A stretch of 32,000 bases of DNA from an uncultured Alphaproteobacteria bacterium (GTDB lineage Bacteria; Pseudomonadota; Alphaproteobacteria; Rs-D84; CACZYB01). Below the pieces are notes generated by a model that saw nothing but the letters and a program-made list of their open reading frames with translations, searched no databases and was not told the DNA's origin. The position numbers and the translations under genes were made by a program. Location of the stretch: the NCBI GenBank assembly GCA_934246625.1, contig CAKQHZ010000001.1, positions 616,223-648,222 on the forward strand, given 5' to 3'. Positions 8,507 to 16,048 of this stretch are shown one piece after another (within the stretch, counting starts at the first letter, position 1; the number at the start of each line of letters is the position of its first letter).

Positions 8507-8821
8507 ATGTATAATAAAAAGGATGTCAAAATGGCTGCAAATTTCAAAAGAAAAGGAAATGAACTTAGAGATATACATACTCGTCTTATTGGAAAAATTG
8601 ATGGTAAATATATTCGTGATGCACATGCTTGTCTTATGGGCAAAATTGATGGAATGGATGTAAAAGATAAACACGGTATAAAAATTGGTCGTTTAGATGG
8701 GGATTACATTCGAGATGTACATAATGTAAAAATTGCAACAAGAAAAGATTTAATAAAGTCAATAGATGGAACAACAGGTGGTATTGAAGATGTCGCTCTA
8801 TATTTGTTTTTTGTAAGATAA
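8507..8821 (+). CDS. Small protein made of four tandem 16-aa repeats
   Basis: Repeats are ELRDIHTRLIGKIDG / KYIRDAHACLMGKIDG / MDVKDKHGIKIGRLDG / DYIRDVHNVKIATRKD, consensus xx(I/V)(R/K)DxHxxx(I/M)G(K/R)(I/L)DG. An alternative start at ATG 8531 has AAGGA 9 nt upstream. Confidence 0.5.
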   Translation: MYNKKDVKMAANFKRKGNELRDIHTRLIGKIDGKYIRDAHACLMGKIDGMDVKDKHGIKIGRLDGDYIRDVHNVKIATRKDLIKSIDGTTGGIEDVALYLFFVR

Positions 8822-8840
8822 ATTTTAAAAAGGGGGCAAA

Positions 8841-9548
8841 ATGGAAAATAAAAAAGAAACAAAGATAGATAATTTTTTAGCATATATTGCTGGTATATGT
8901 GCATTTATTGGTATATGTGCGATAGTTTATAAATTATATCTTTTTGGATTTACAAGAGAAAATATTGCTGATGCTTCAATAAATCTTGCACAAATTTTAA
9001 CAAGTATTGGTGTCTTGTTTGGAGTTCTTTCATCACTTAGAACTTTATTAAAATGTCCTAAAAGTTATTTTTTTAAGGAGTTAGAAAAGTGGAATAAAAA
9101 ATATGGTATATTAACAGATTGCAGCGAAGAATATGAAAAAGGTAAGGGAAAATTTATTAAATGCCAAATGTTGAGAAATCATGCAAATATATTAAAAAAT
9201 AAAGATAACCTTGAAGAACATTCAAAGGCATATATAAATTTTGTTAGAATTCCAACAGAAAATTTAGATGGAAATAAAATAATTTTTTCTTTAAAACCAT
9301 CAATGTTTAAAAAAAATGACAGAAAAGAACTTGAAAAATATGCTGAAAAAATAGTTGAAAAATTAAAAATAAGATATAGCGAAATTATTGATGATGACAA
9401 AGTTAAAATTTCATCTTTTGACAGAAAAGATGAAGTTATATATATTCATCTCGGATTAAACAGTGAATTAGATAATAAAAAAGAAATTTACAATCAAATC
9501 ATAGATATGCTTGATTATATGACTATGGTGTATCTTGCAATAGCTTAG
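8841..9548 (+). CDS. Hypothetical protein with two N-terminal TM helices
   Basis: GGGGG RBS 4 nt upstream of the ATG. TM candidates are FLAYIAGICAFIGICAIVYKLYLFGF and LAQILTSIGVLFGVLSSL. The remainder is charged and unassigned. Confidence 0.6.
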   Translation: MENKKETKIDNFLAYIAGICAFIGICAIVYKLYLFGFTRENIADASINLAQILTSIGVLFGVLSSLRTLLKCPKSYFFKELEKWNKKYGILTDCSEEYEKGKGKFIKCQMLRNHANILKNKDNLEEHSKAYINFVRIPTENLDGNKIIFSLKPSMFKKNDRKELEKYAEKIVEKLKIRYSEIIDDDKVKISSFDRKDEVIYIHLGLNSELDNKKEIYNQIIDMLDYMTMVYLAIA

Positions 9549-9637
9549 TTTAATTTATTCAATACATTGCATCGTAAGGATAGTATATTGAATGGTTCGT
9601 GTAAACTTTTTAAATAAAAATAATAAGAAGTGTAAAA

Positions 9638-10198
9638 ATGAATAAAGAAAATATAATATCTTTTTATGTTGAAATAATAAAATCGATATTGGAAATCTAT
9701 AGATTAAATCAAAATAAAAATACTCAAAAAATTACCAAAAGAATTTTAAATTGGATTATTCGCGAATATAAGGGAAAAATAAAATTATATGCATCAGAAG
9801 ATGCAATAAAATGGGCAAAAAGCCAAGGTATTAATGATAACCTTTCAAATTATAATTGGAAAGATCAAGTAAAAAAGAAAGAAAAAGGTGGTCTTGGGGA
9901 TAAAAAAAGAGAAAATTTACATCTTGAACATATTATTCCTATTTCTCAAATAATAGAAAATTTATTTGAAACAAAAACTTCCAATAATATACAAAATATA
10001 TTAAATGAAATTTCTGTTGCTTGGATTAAAAGGGATCAACAACAAAAATTAGATAAAGGACATAAAAAAGAAAGAGGTGAAAATTTAAAAAAATGTTTAG
10101 AATGTTGTAAAGAATATTGTGGTGAATTGACAGAAATTGGTGAGTACAAAGTACCTTTGGATTATGATAATGAAAGTGAAAAAAATGATATTTTGTAA
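9638..10198 (+). CDS. Hypothetical protein, possible His-Me finger (HNH/DUF1524-like) motif
   Basis: The ORF contains NLHLEHIIPISQ followed about 30 aa later by ISVAWIKRDQQQKLD, reminiscent of HNH-type nucleases. This assignment is weak. Confidence 0.5.
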   Translation: MNKENIISFYVEIIKSILEIYRLNQNKNTQKITKRILNWIIREYKGKIKLYASEDAIKWAKSQGINDNLSNYNWKDQVKKKEKGGLGDKKRENLHLEHIIPISQIIENLFETKTSNNIQNILNEISVAWIKRDQQQKLDKGHKKERGENLKKCLECCKEYCGELTEIGEYKVPLDYDNESEKNDIL

Positions 10199-10454
10199 GT
10201 TTTTTATTTCTTTAACTGGCATATTAGGGTGTTTACAAATATCAAACTTACAAATTTCTTCATGCGTTAATTTTCTTTCTAATATTTTTGAAAGTTTAAA
10301 AGACAAAGAATTTAGAATAGAAATTGATAGATTGAATTTTATATTTACTCCAACTTTAAAAACTGGTTTTAACTTTGATTTAGATTTTGATTTTAAATCA
10401 TTTGATTTCGAAGTTTCATTATTAGGATTGGATTTAAAACTTAAACTTTGGTGA
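10185..10454 (+). CDS. Possible small lipoprotein (hypothetical)
   Basis: The internal ATG at 10185 gives MIFCKFFISLTGILGC, a lipobox-like ILGC. The rest is rich in F/D/L dipeptide-like strands. There is no clear RBS. Confidence 0.3.
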   Translation: MIFCKFFISLTGILGCLQISNLQISSCVNFLSNIFESLKDKEFRIEIDRLNFIFTPTLKTGFNFDLDFDFKSFDFEVSLLGLDLKLKLW

Positions 10455-10460
10455 TAAATT

Positions 10461-10793
10461 ATGTATTATTTAGATAAAGTTATTTACAAAAATTATAAAG
10501 ATATTTTTCATTTAGAATTTTTTTTTGAATTAAAAAGATTTTTTGATATTTCTATAAACATTTTCAATATAATTAATGGTGGATTTTATATAAGAAATTA
10601 TACAAAGCCAGATGATTTTTTCTATGATTCAAAACCAATTTGTTTGTATAAATTAAAAAATATTCATTTTAACTTTGGATATAATAAAGATCTTTATACA
10701 GGTATGGAAATAGGAGATTATCTATCTAATTCAAAAAATAATTTTTATATTCAATTTGGAATTTTAGGATTGATATTTTCTATAGGTCAGTAG
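10461..10793 (+). CDS. Hypothetical protein
   Basis: Supported by the ORF only. It starts 6 nt after the previous stop. Confidence 0.35.
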   Translation: MYYLDKVIYKNYKDIFHLEFFFELKRFFDISINIFNIINGGFYIRNYTKPDDFFYDSKPICLYKLKNIHFNFGYNKDLYTGMEIGDYLSNSKNNFYIQFGILGLIFSIGQ

Positions 10794-11111
10794 GTAAAAT
10801 ATAATTTATTTCCGGATAAAATATATTTTCATTTGTTAGTGATTTTGTGGTAACAAATTTTATCTTGCTATTTTTGGGATAATTACGATATGTTTGTCTA
10901 AAATGAGGCAGATAAAATGTGTAATTTTGATTTAAGAGAAATTGTTGAAGAAAATTTAAATAAAAATTTTGTTTTTTTTACTGGTTTTATACAAAAGATT
11001 TATATAAGATGAAGATTCCTGTGAATTTTTGTGATATTAACTTTTTTTTCTTTACATATAATATACTAAAAAATATAGTATGATTTATTCTTCTATATAC
11101 AGGATTATGTT

Positions 11112-11441
11112 GTGTCAAAATTAAAAGAATTTATGGATATTGATGATTTATCTTCAGCAGATATTGTTGATTTCTTATTTGGTAGTTTAAAACTATTAGA
11201 AAAAGACCCTTCTATTATTTCAAAGATAATTGATGACAGCAAAGATGGCAAAATATGTATGTATATTATTAGTAATCTTGAGGTACAAAGATGGGAACAA
11301 GTAGTATCAAAAAATGATAGAGCATTATGTATTAAATCTCTTAGATATTTATATAGTAAATTACCAAATGAACAAAAAAAATACTATAAAATAGAATTTT
11401 TTGATAAACACCCAGAAATTTTTGAAGGTCAAAACATCTAA
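11112..11441 (+). CDS. Hypothetical protein
   Basis: ORF with a GTG start and AGGA 8 nt upstream. No family recognised. Confidence 0.45.
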   Translation: MSKLKEFMDIDDLSSADIVDFLFGSLKLLEKDPSIISKIIDDSKDGKICMYIISNLEVQRWEQVVSKNDRALCIKSLRYLYSKLPNEQKKYYKIEFFDKHPEIFEGQNI

Positions 11442-11512
11442 TGAAAAGATAAAGAATAGTATTTAATCCATCTTTTCAGTTAATTTCTTTATCAAAGCTA
11501 TATGCTTTTTTA

Positions 11513-12418
11513 TTACAAAAATTCTTTTATCAACTTTGGCAAAAGTTTATTTTGTTTCTTGCTTCCATGACCAAAACTATCAATAATATGCAAAGTTGAT
11601 TTTGGCATAGCTTTGTGTAAAGTATATGCCTGTTCAAGTGGAGTACAGAAATCCAATCTGTTACCAATTATAAGTGTTGGAATATTTTTAATTTTGCCAA
11701 TATTTTCGATAATTTCATTTTCTTTTATAAAATAGTGTTCTGTATAGTAATGCATATAAATTTTAAAGGAATTAACTACCTTATCCCCCAGTTCTTCATC
11801 AAGATTTATTTTTAACTTACCAATTTGATAATCATAGTTTGTAAGATATTTTACAGTCTTTTTAATTTTAGCATTACTTTGCTTAAATAAATTTTCCAAA
11901 TCTTTGTGAGTTTTTATAAGATATGGTGAAAGTTTTTCAATTATGTCAGGGTAGAACATCTTTGAATCTTTGTATGTCCAATTTGCATCTTTCTTCCTTG
12001 CTAAGAAAGTTTGTGATACAATTATTTTATCAACTAATTCAGGGTATGTTTCTGCAAACAAAAGTGCAAGTGTAGAACCCCATGAACCACCAAAAGAAAT
12101 TACCTTTTCTTTTATATTAAGGAAATCAAGAATTCTTTTTGCATCTTTAATTGTATCTTGAGTGGTATTTTTATAAAATAAATCTTTAAATTCAGAATTT
12201 CCACAACCACGTTGATCAAAAATAATTACTTTATAATTTTTGAGATTACAACATTTTACATATTTAAATTTACTTCTTGCTCCTGGACCTCCATGAAAAT
12301 TTAAGATGGTTTTCCCATTTGGGTTACCAAATACTTGGAAGTAAATTTTATGTCCATCAAGTTCGGGAAGATATCCTTTAAAAATAGCCTTTGGCTTATG
12401 TGAAAATATATGAAACAT
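11513..12418 (-). CDS. pip: Proline iminopeptidase (prolyl aminopeptidase, S33 alpha/beta hydrolase)
   Basis: HGGPG oxyanion motif (FHGGPGARS), nucleophile elbow GGSWGSTLAL, C-terminal SFGHGS, about 300 aa. Confidence 0.85.
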   Translation of the reverse strand: MFHIFSHKPKAIFKGYLPELDGHKIYFQVFGNPNGKTILNFHGGPGARSKFKYVKCCNLKNYKVIIFDQRGCGNSEFKDLFYKNTTQDTIKDAKRILDFLNIKEKVISFGGSWGSTLALLFAETYPELVDKIIVSQTFLARKKDANWTYKDSKMFYPDIIEKLSPYLIKTHKDLENLFKQSNAKIKKTVKYLTNYDYQIGKLKINLDEELGDKVVNSFKIYMHYYTEHYFIKENEIIENIGKIKNIPTLIIGNRLDFCTPLEQAYTLHKAMPKSTLHIIDSFGHGSKKQNKLLPKLIKEFL

Positions 12419-12437
12419 TCTATTGCCTTTTTTTAAT

Positions 12438-12472
12438 ATAATATATAATTATTAACATAATATATAATTATT
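12438..12472. promoter_or_regulatory. Perfect 16-bp direct repeat in a divergent promoter spacer (candidate operator)
   Basis: ataatatataattatt occurs at 12438-12453 and again at 12457-12472, inside the 66-bp spacer between pip (-) and the AlaRS-like operon (+). Confidence 0.35.
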
Positions 12473-12484
12473 TCAAGGTGTTAA

Positions 12485-13594
12485 ATGAATAATTATAAAG
12501 AATTTGTATCTGAAATTTCTTCTTTTTTTAATTTAGAAAAAGTATCTGGTGAATATTTCCGATTTAAAGATCAAAAAAATATTAGTAATTTCCCTAAACA
12601 ATCTATTCATGAATATTTTAATGATGTTCCATTAATTCCTGCGGATAATGTCATAAGAACTGATGATAGTACAACGCTTTTTACATGTGCTGGAGTGCAA
12701 CATATAGAAACAATGATAAAAAATAATGAAATTTTAAAAGATTTTAGTATTTATCAACCATCTATAAGAACTCAGTTTATTGGTAAAACAAAAGAAGGAG
12801 TTTCTACATCTTTTGTTAATTTTTCTTCAACTATATTTAATATTTCGAATGATAAATTTTTAGATAAAACAAAAAGTTATATTTCTTTACTTAATAATTA
12901 TGGATACAATAATAATGATTTATTAGTTAGATTTGAAGAAAGATCTAATGCTTGGGGAACTAAAAAATTTACTACATATGTTGCTAGTTTATATTATAAT
13001 AATTTTAGAATGGGAGAATGTATTTTTATGAAATATTTTCCCATAAATTCAAATCAAGTTTCTAATATTATGGAAGTCGGATTTGGTCTAGAAAGAATGG
13101 AATGGTTATCAAAAAAAAATAATTATTATTTTTCTAGATACAAAGAAATTTATGATCAATTTAAAAATAATGATGTTTCTATTGATCAAATTACAACTAT
13201 CATTGATTCTGTAAGAACTTCAATCTTAATTGCTGGTAATGGAATAGTTTCAAGTAATAATAATCATGGATATAGATTAAGACAGTTATTAAAGCATTTT
13301 GTTTTTAATAATGCCAATATATCAATACCTTTAAATAAATTAGAACGAATAGCATATGATGAATGGAAATCTAATACATTCGTTCAGTATGATAAAATAT
13401 GTGATATTATAGGAAAAGAAGTTGAAAGAAATGAACATGCATATTTATTAGATTTATTAAAGAGGTGTAATATAAAAACAAATATAGATATAACATTACC
13501 AAATGATGCTTTTATAAGATCTTTAAAAAGTCGTATTTATAGAGAGAATACAGACGTGATATTAGATAAATTATTTAAAGAAAAGGTTAAATAA
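12485..13594 (+). CDS. Truncated alanyl-tRNA-synthetase-like protein (class II catalytic core only, 369 aa)
   Basis: Matches to E. coli AlaRS recalled from memory: TLFTCAGVQH ~ LFTNAGMNQF, SIRTQ ~ CVRAGG, FVNFS ~ LGNFSF, EVGFGLERMEWL ~ DTGMGLERIAAVL, IIDSVRTSILIAGNGIVSSNNNHGYRLRQLL ~ [31 protein letters not shown]. It lacks the editing and C-Ala domains. Confidence 0.8.
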   Translation: MNNYKEFVSEISSFFNLEKVSGEYFRFKDQKNISNFPKQSIHEYFNDVPLIPADNVIRTDDSTTLFTCAGVQHIETMIKNNEILKDFSIYQPSIRTQFIGKTKEGVSTSFVNFSSTIFNISNDKFLDKTKSYISLLNNYGYNNNDLLVRFEERSNAWGTKKFTTYVASLYYNNFRMGECIFMKYFPINSNQVSNIMEVGFGLERMEWLSKKNNYYFSRYKEIYDQFKNNDVSIDQITTIIDSVRTSILIAGNGIVSSNNNHGYRLRQLLKHFVFNNANISIPLNKLERIAYDEWKSNTFVQYDKICDIIGKEVERNEHAYLLDLLKRCNIKTNIDITLPNDAFIRSLKSRIYRENTDVILDKLFKEKVK

Positions 13595-14266
13595 ATGGGA
13601 GCTCTAATTTCTGATTTTTTATCTTACAAGCATTCTGTTTATGATGAAATTTCTGATTTATCAAAAAAAGAGATAGATAATTTTTACTCTTTTATATTAG
13701 GTGGTGTAAAATTTAATAATTCAAGTCCTAAACTTATTATGATGTTGGGTATTAGTGGAGCGGGGAAAAGTACATTTTTTAATAATGCAAAGCAATATTA
13801 TAAAGATTATGCTTTTTTATCAGGTGATGAAATTATGCATAATTTACAAATTTTTAAAGAATTAAAATTATTAAATAAATCATCACATAATGATTTTCGA
13901 ATTTGTGAAACAATTTCTAGAAAGCTATCATTCTATATTTTAGATTATTTAATTTCAAATAAAGCAAATATTTTTTATGATTGTGGAGGTTTGGATTTAA
14001 ATAAAAAAAATATGGTTAGATATATAAGTGATTTGGGATATAAAATAGAAATTAATGCTATTCTAGCAGATAAAAAAATTGCTATCGATAGAGTAATAAA
14101 ACGTCATTATAAAAATGGAGGTGGTTATATACCAGTTGATTTAATTGAACAAAATTTCAATGAGGTTTTACCAGCTATTAATTATTATAAGCAATTTGTT
14201 GATAAGATAAATATTTATAACAATAATAATAAAATTTTTTTAGAAGAAACTTATATAAAAAGATAA
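13595..14266 (+). CDS. P-loop kinase (zeta-toxin / APS-kinase-like small-molecule kinase fold)
   Basis: Walker A is MMLGISGAGKST, followed by FLSGDEIMHNL (compare (I/L)DxDxxRxxH in zeta toxins and LDGDNVRHGL in APS kinase). The ATG directly follows the stop of the upstream gene. Confidence 0.7.
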   Translation: MGALISDFLSYKHSVYDEISDLSKKEIDNFYSFILGGVKFNNSSPKLIMMLGISGAGKSTFFNNAKQYYKDYAFLSGDEIMHNLQIFKELKLLNKSSHNDFRICETISRKLSFYILDYLISNKANIFYDCGGLDLNKKNMVRYISDLGYKIEINAILADKKIAIDRVIKRHYKNGGGYIPVDLIEQNFNEVLPAINYYKQFVDKINIYNNNNKIFLEETYIKR

Positions 14267-14276
14267 GGAGTTTTAT

Positions 14277-15527
14277 ATGGATATTTGTATTTTTAATTCA
14301 AACACTAATGTTAATGCACAAGATTATGAAGTCGTTGAACGTAAAGGTATTGGCCATCCTGATACAATCTGTGATACTTTAGCAGAAAAGATAAGTGCTA
14401 ATTATTCTCTATATACATATCAAAAATATGGACATATATTTAGACATATGATTGATAAATTATCTATTTTAGGGGGAAAAACAAAAGTTTATTTTGGAGG
14501 TGGAGAATTTATAAAACCTATAAGAATACTACTAAATGGACGATTTACTGGAAACTTCTGTGATGAAAAAATTCCATATATTGATATTGCTACAGAAACT
14601 ATTTATAAACATATGAAATTCCTATTTCCTATGATAGATTGTAAAAAAAATATAGAAATAATAGATAATACGCATTCATCGCAAGGTCCTGGTGTTGTAT
14701 ACAAAAAAGATGGAACAACGAATAATGAACGTTCTAGTTTTTTTAACATAAAAAATGAAGCATTTATGCAATATCATAATAATATGAATAGAACAAATGA
14801 TACATCTACTACTGTTAGTTTTTATCCATATACAGTTCTAGAAAATGTTGTGTTATTTGTAGAAAATCAATTAAATTCTGAAGAATTTAAAAAGAAGTAT
14901 CCTTTTGTTGGTAACGATATAAAAGTAATGGGAACAAGAATTGGCAAAAACATAGATATTACAACTTGTATACCTTTTATTTCTTTATATACTCCTGATA
15001 AAAATTTTTACAAAGACAATATAAGCTTTTTAAAAAATCTTTTAATCAATATGTTATCAAAAAAATATTCGGATTATTCTTTTAATATTTCTATAAATAC
15101 AAGAGATAATTTAGAAAACGATGATTTATATTTAACATTAACAGGAAGTGCTGTTGAAAGTGGAGATGAGGGGGCCGTTGGACGAGGTAATAGAAGTTGT
15201 GGATTTATTCCTTTTTGCCGTAATGTATCTTTAGAGGCTCCGTGTGGTAAGAATCCTGTATATCATACAGGGAAGTTATTTACTGCTATTGGAAATATTA
15301 TATCTAATAGAATTTATAGCCAAACAGGCATTGAAAATACTGTTTATTTAACAAGTCAGATGGGGGGTAAAATAGAAGAAACTTGGAAGATTGCTATTGG
15401 TTTAACAAATAGTCCTTCTATTTCACTAGAATTAAAAAATACAATTGAAGATATTGTAAATGAAGAGTTAAAAAATCATAATAAAACTACACAAGATATA
15501 ATTTTGGAAAAGATAAAATTATATTAG
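14277..15527 (+). CDS. Archaeal-type S-adenosylmethionine synthetase (MAT)-like protein
   Basis: EVVERKGIGHPDTICD, RILLNGR, LTLTGSAVESGDEGAVGRGNR and EAPCGKNPVYHTGK match the archaeal MAT family signature (M. jannaschii MAT recalled from memory), not bacterial MetK. AAGGAG lies 6 nt upstream of the ATG. Confidence 0.85.
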   Translation: MDICIFNSNTNVNAQDYEVVERKGIGHPDTICDTLAEKISANYSLYTYQKYGHIFRHMIDKLSILGGKTKVYFGGGEFIKPIRILLNGRFTGNFCDEKIPYIDIATETIYKHMKFLFPMIDCKKNIEIIDNTHSSQGPGVVYKKDGTTNNERSSFFNIKNEAFMQYHNNMNRTNDTSTTVSFYPYTVLENVVLFVENQLNSEEFKKKYPFVGNDIKVMGTRIGKNIDITTCIPFISLYTPDKNFYKDNISFLKNLLINMLSKKYSDYSFNISINTRDNLENDDLYLTLTGSAVESGDEGAVGRGNRSCGFIPFCRNVSLEAPCGKNPVYHTGKLFTAIGNIISNRIYSQTGIENTVYLTSQMGGKIEETWKIAIGLTNSPSISLELKNTIEDIVNEELKNHNKTTQDIILEKIKLY

Positions 15528-15646
15528 ATAAAATTTAATATACTTAAGATTTATTCCTATGAAAATAATATTAAGTGTAGGCTAAATGACTTTTTATAGA
15601 TGAGTTTTTTATGGTTGGTTTCGGTTATCCGAAATAGATTAGAAAC

Positions 15647-15707
15647 CTGTAGAATAGCAAAAAGACTGACTTTTAGAAAAGTTAGAGAAAGGTTCACAAT
15701 CACCCAC
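15647..15707 (+). pseudogene. Degenerate fragment of a tRNA-Lys (D-arm to 3' end)
   Basis: ctgtagaatagcaaaaag-ACTGACTTTTA-gaaaagttagagaaa-GGTTCA-caat-CACCCAC. The capitalised blocks are identical to the anticodon arm, T arm and acceptor 3' strand of the tRNA-Lys at 2012-2087. caatcacccac matches the CUU isoacceptor at 18760-18835. Confidence 0.45.
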
Positions 15708-15746
15708 TAAAAATTCAAAAAGGCTTCCGAAAGGGAGCTTTTTTTA
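15701..15746 (+). repeat. Direct repeat copy 3 (tRNA-Lys 3' end plus terminator), attR-like
   Basis: Sequence is cacccactaaaaattcaaaaaggcttccgaaagggagcttttttta. It has the same T7 followed by att as copy 1. The sequence to its right is visibly GC-richer. Confidence 0.7.
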
Positions 15747-15962
15747 TTGTGTATCGGTCTAGATGATGGGTGTTGAGGTCTTTACAGCCCAGTCAATTCT
15801 AAACTCTGTCATTTGTGTCATTTCGAACTTGTTTCGGAATCTTTCTCTTATACCTTTCTAAAATAGGATAAAGTTCTTTACATATATTCTCAAATATGAT
15901 ATTATGAGAGTGTCCATGAAGAATAAAGGAGAAGAAAAATGATTAGACAAAATAGACGAATT

Positions 15963-15971
15963 GGGGGGGGG
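15963..15971 (+). repeat. Homopolymeric G9 tract (candidate slipped-strand phase-variation site)
   Basis: Nine consecutive G in very AT-rich DNA, inside a 15-codon ORF (ATG 15939, AAGGAG at 15926-15931) and 78 nt upstream of the 248-aa ORF. Confidence 0.6.
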
Positions 15972-16048
15972 CTTTTGCTTGCATAGATTTCATTGGTAGT
16001 TGCAGTTTTGCACGAACTATTGGAAACGTCTTCACTTTCGCAGTTATT

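Noticed and set aside
8560-8750. Periodic 48-nt repeats that could be mistaken for a mini CRISPR-like array
   Set aside because: The repeats are contiguous with no spacers, in frame, and conserved at the amino-acid level within an ORF. No cas genes are present.
10137-10184. Listed N-terminal extension of the 105-aa ORF overlapping the end of 9638-10198
   Set aside because: The extension lies inside the preceding gene and has no RBS. If the ORF is real, the internal ATG at 10185, which gives a lipobox-like leader, is more plausible.
10917-11012. 31-codon ORF (MCNFDLREIVEENLNKNFVFFTGFIQKIYIR) with a GAGG upstream
   Set aside because: It is short, has no distinctive features and sits in a 320-nt AT-rich spacer. 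The evidence is insufficient to call it a gene.
13595-14266. Zeta/epsilon toxin-antitoxin pair
   Set aside because: No small epsilon-like antitoxin gene precedes it. The kinase gene is translationally coupled between two large enzyme genes, so an operon-embedded small-molecule kinase is the more economical reading. Toxicity is not excluded.
12485-15527. Housekeeping alaS and metK
   Set aside because: The AlaRS-like ORF is less than half the length of a real AlaRS and lacks the editing and C-Ala domains. The MAT-like ORF is of the archaeal type. Both sit in AT-rich, att-flanked DNA. This can only be settled by checking the rest of the genome.
2088-15746. Intact prophage or ICE between the att-like repeats
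   Set aside because: No capsid, portal, terminase, tail, lysis, integrase, relaxase or T4SS signatures were found in any ORF. The cargo is ORFans plus metabolic-type enzymes. The region is treated as integrase-less islands instead.
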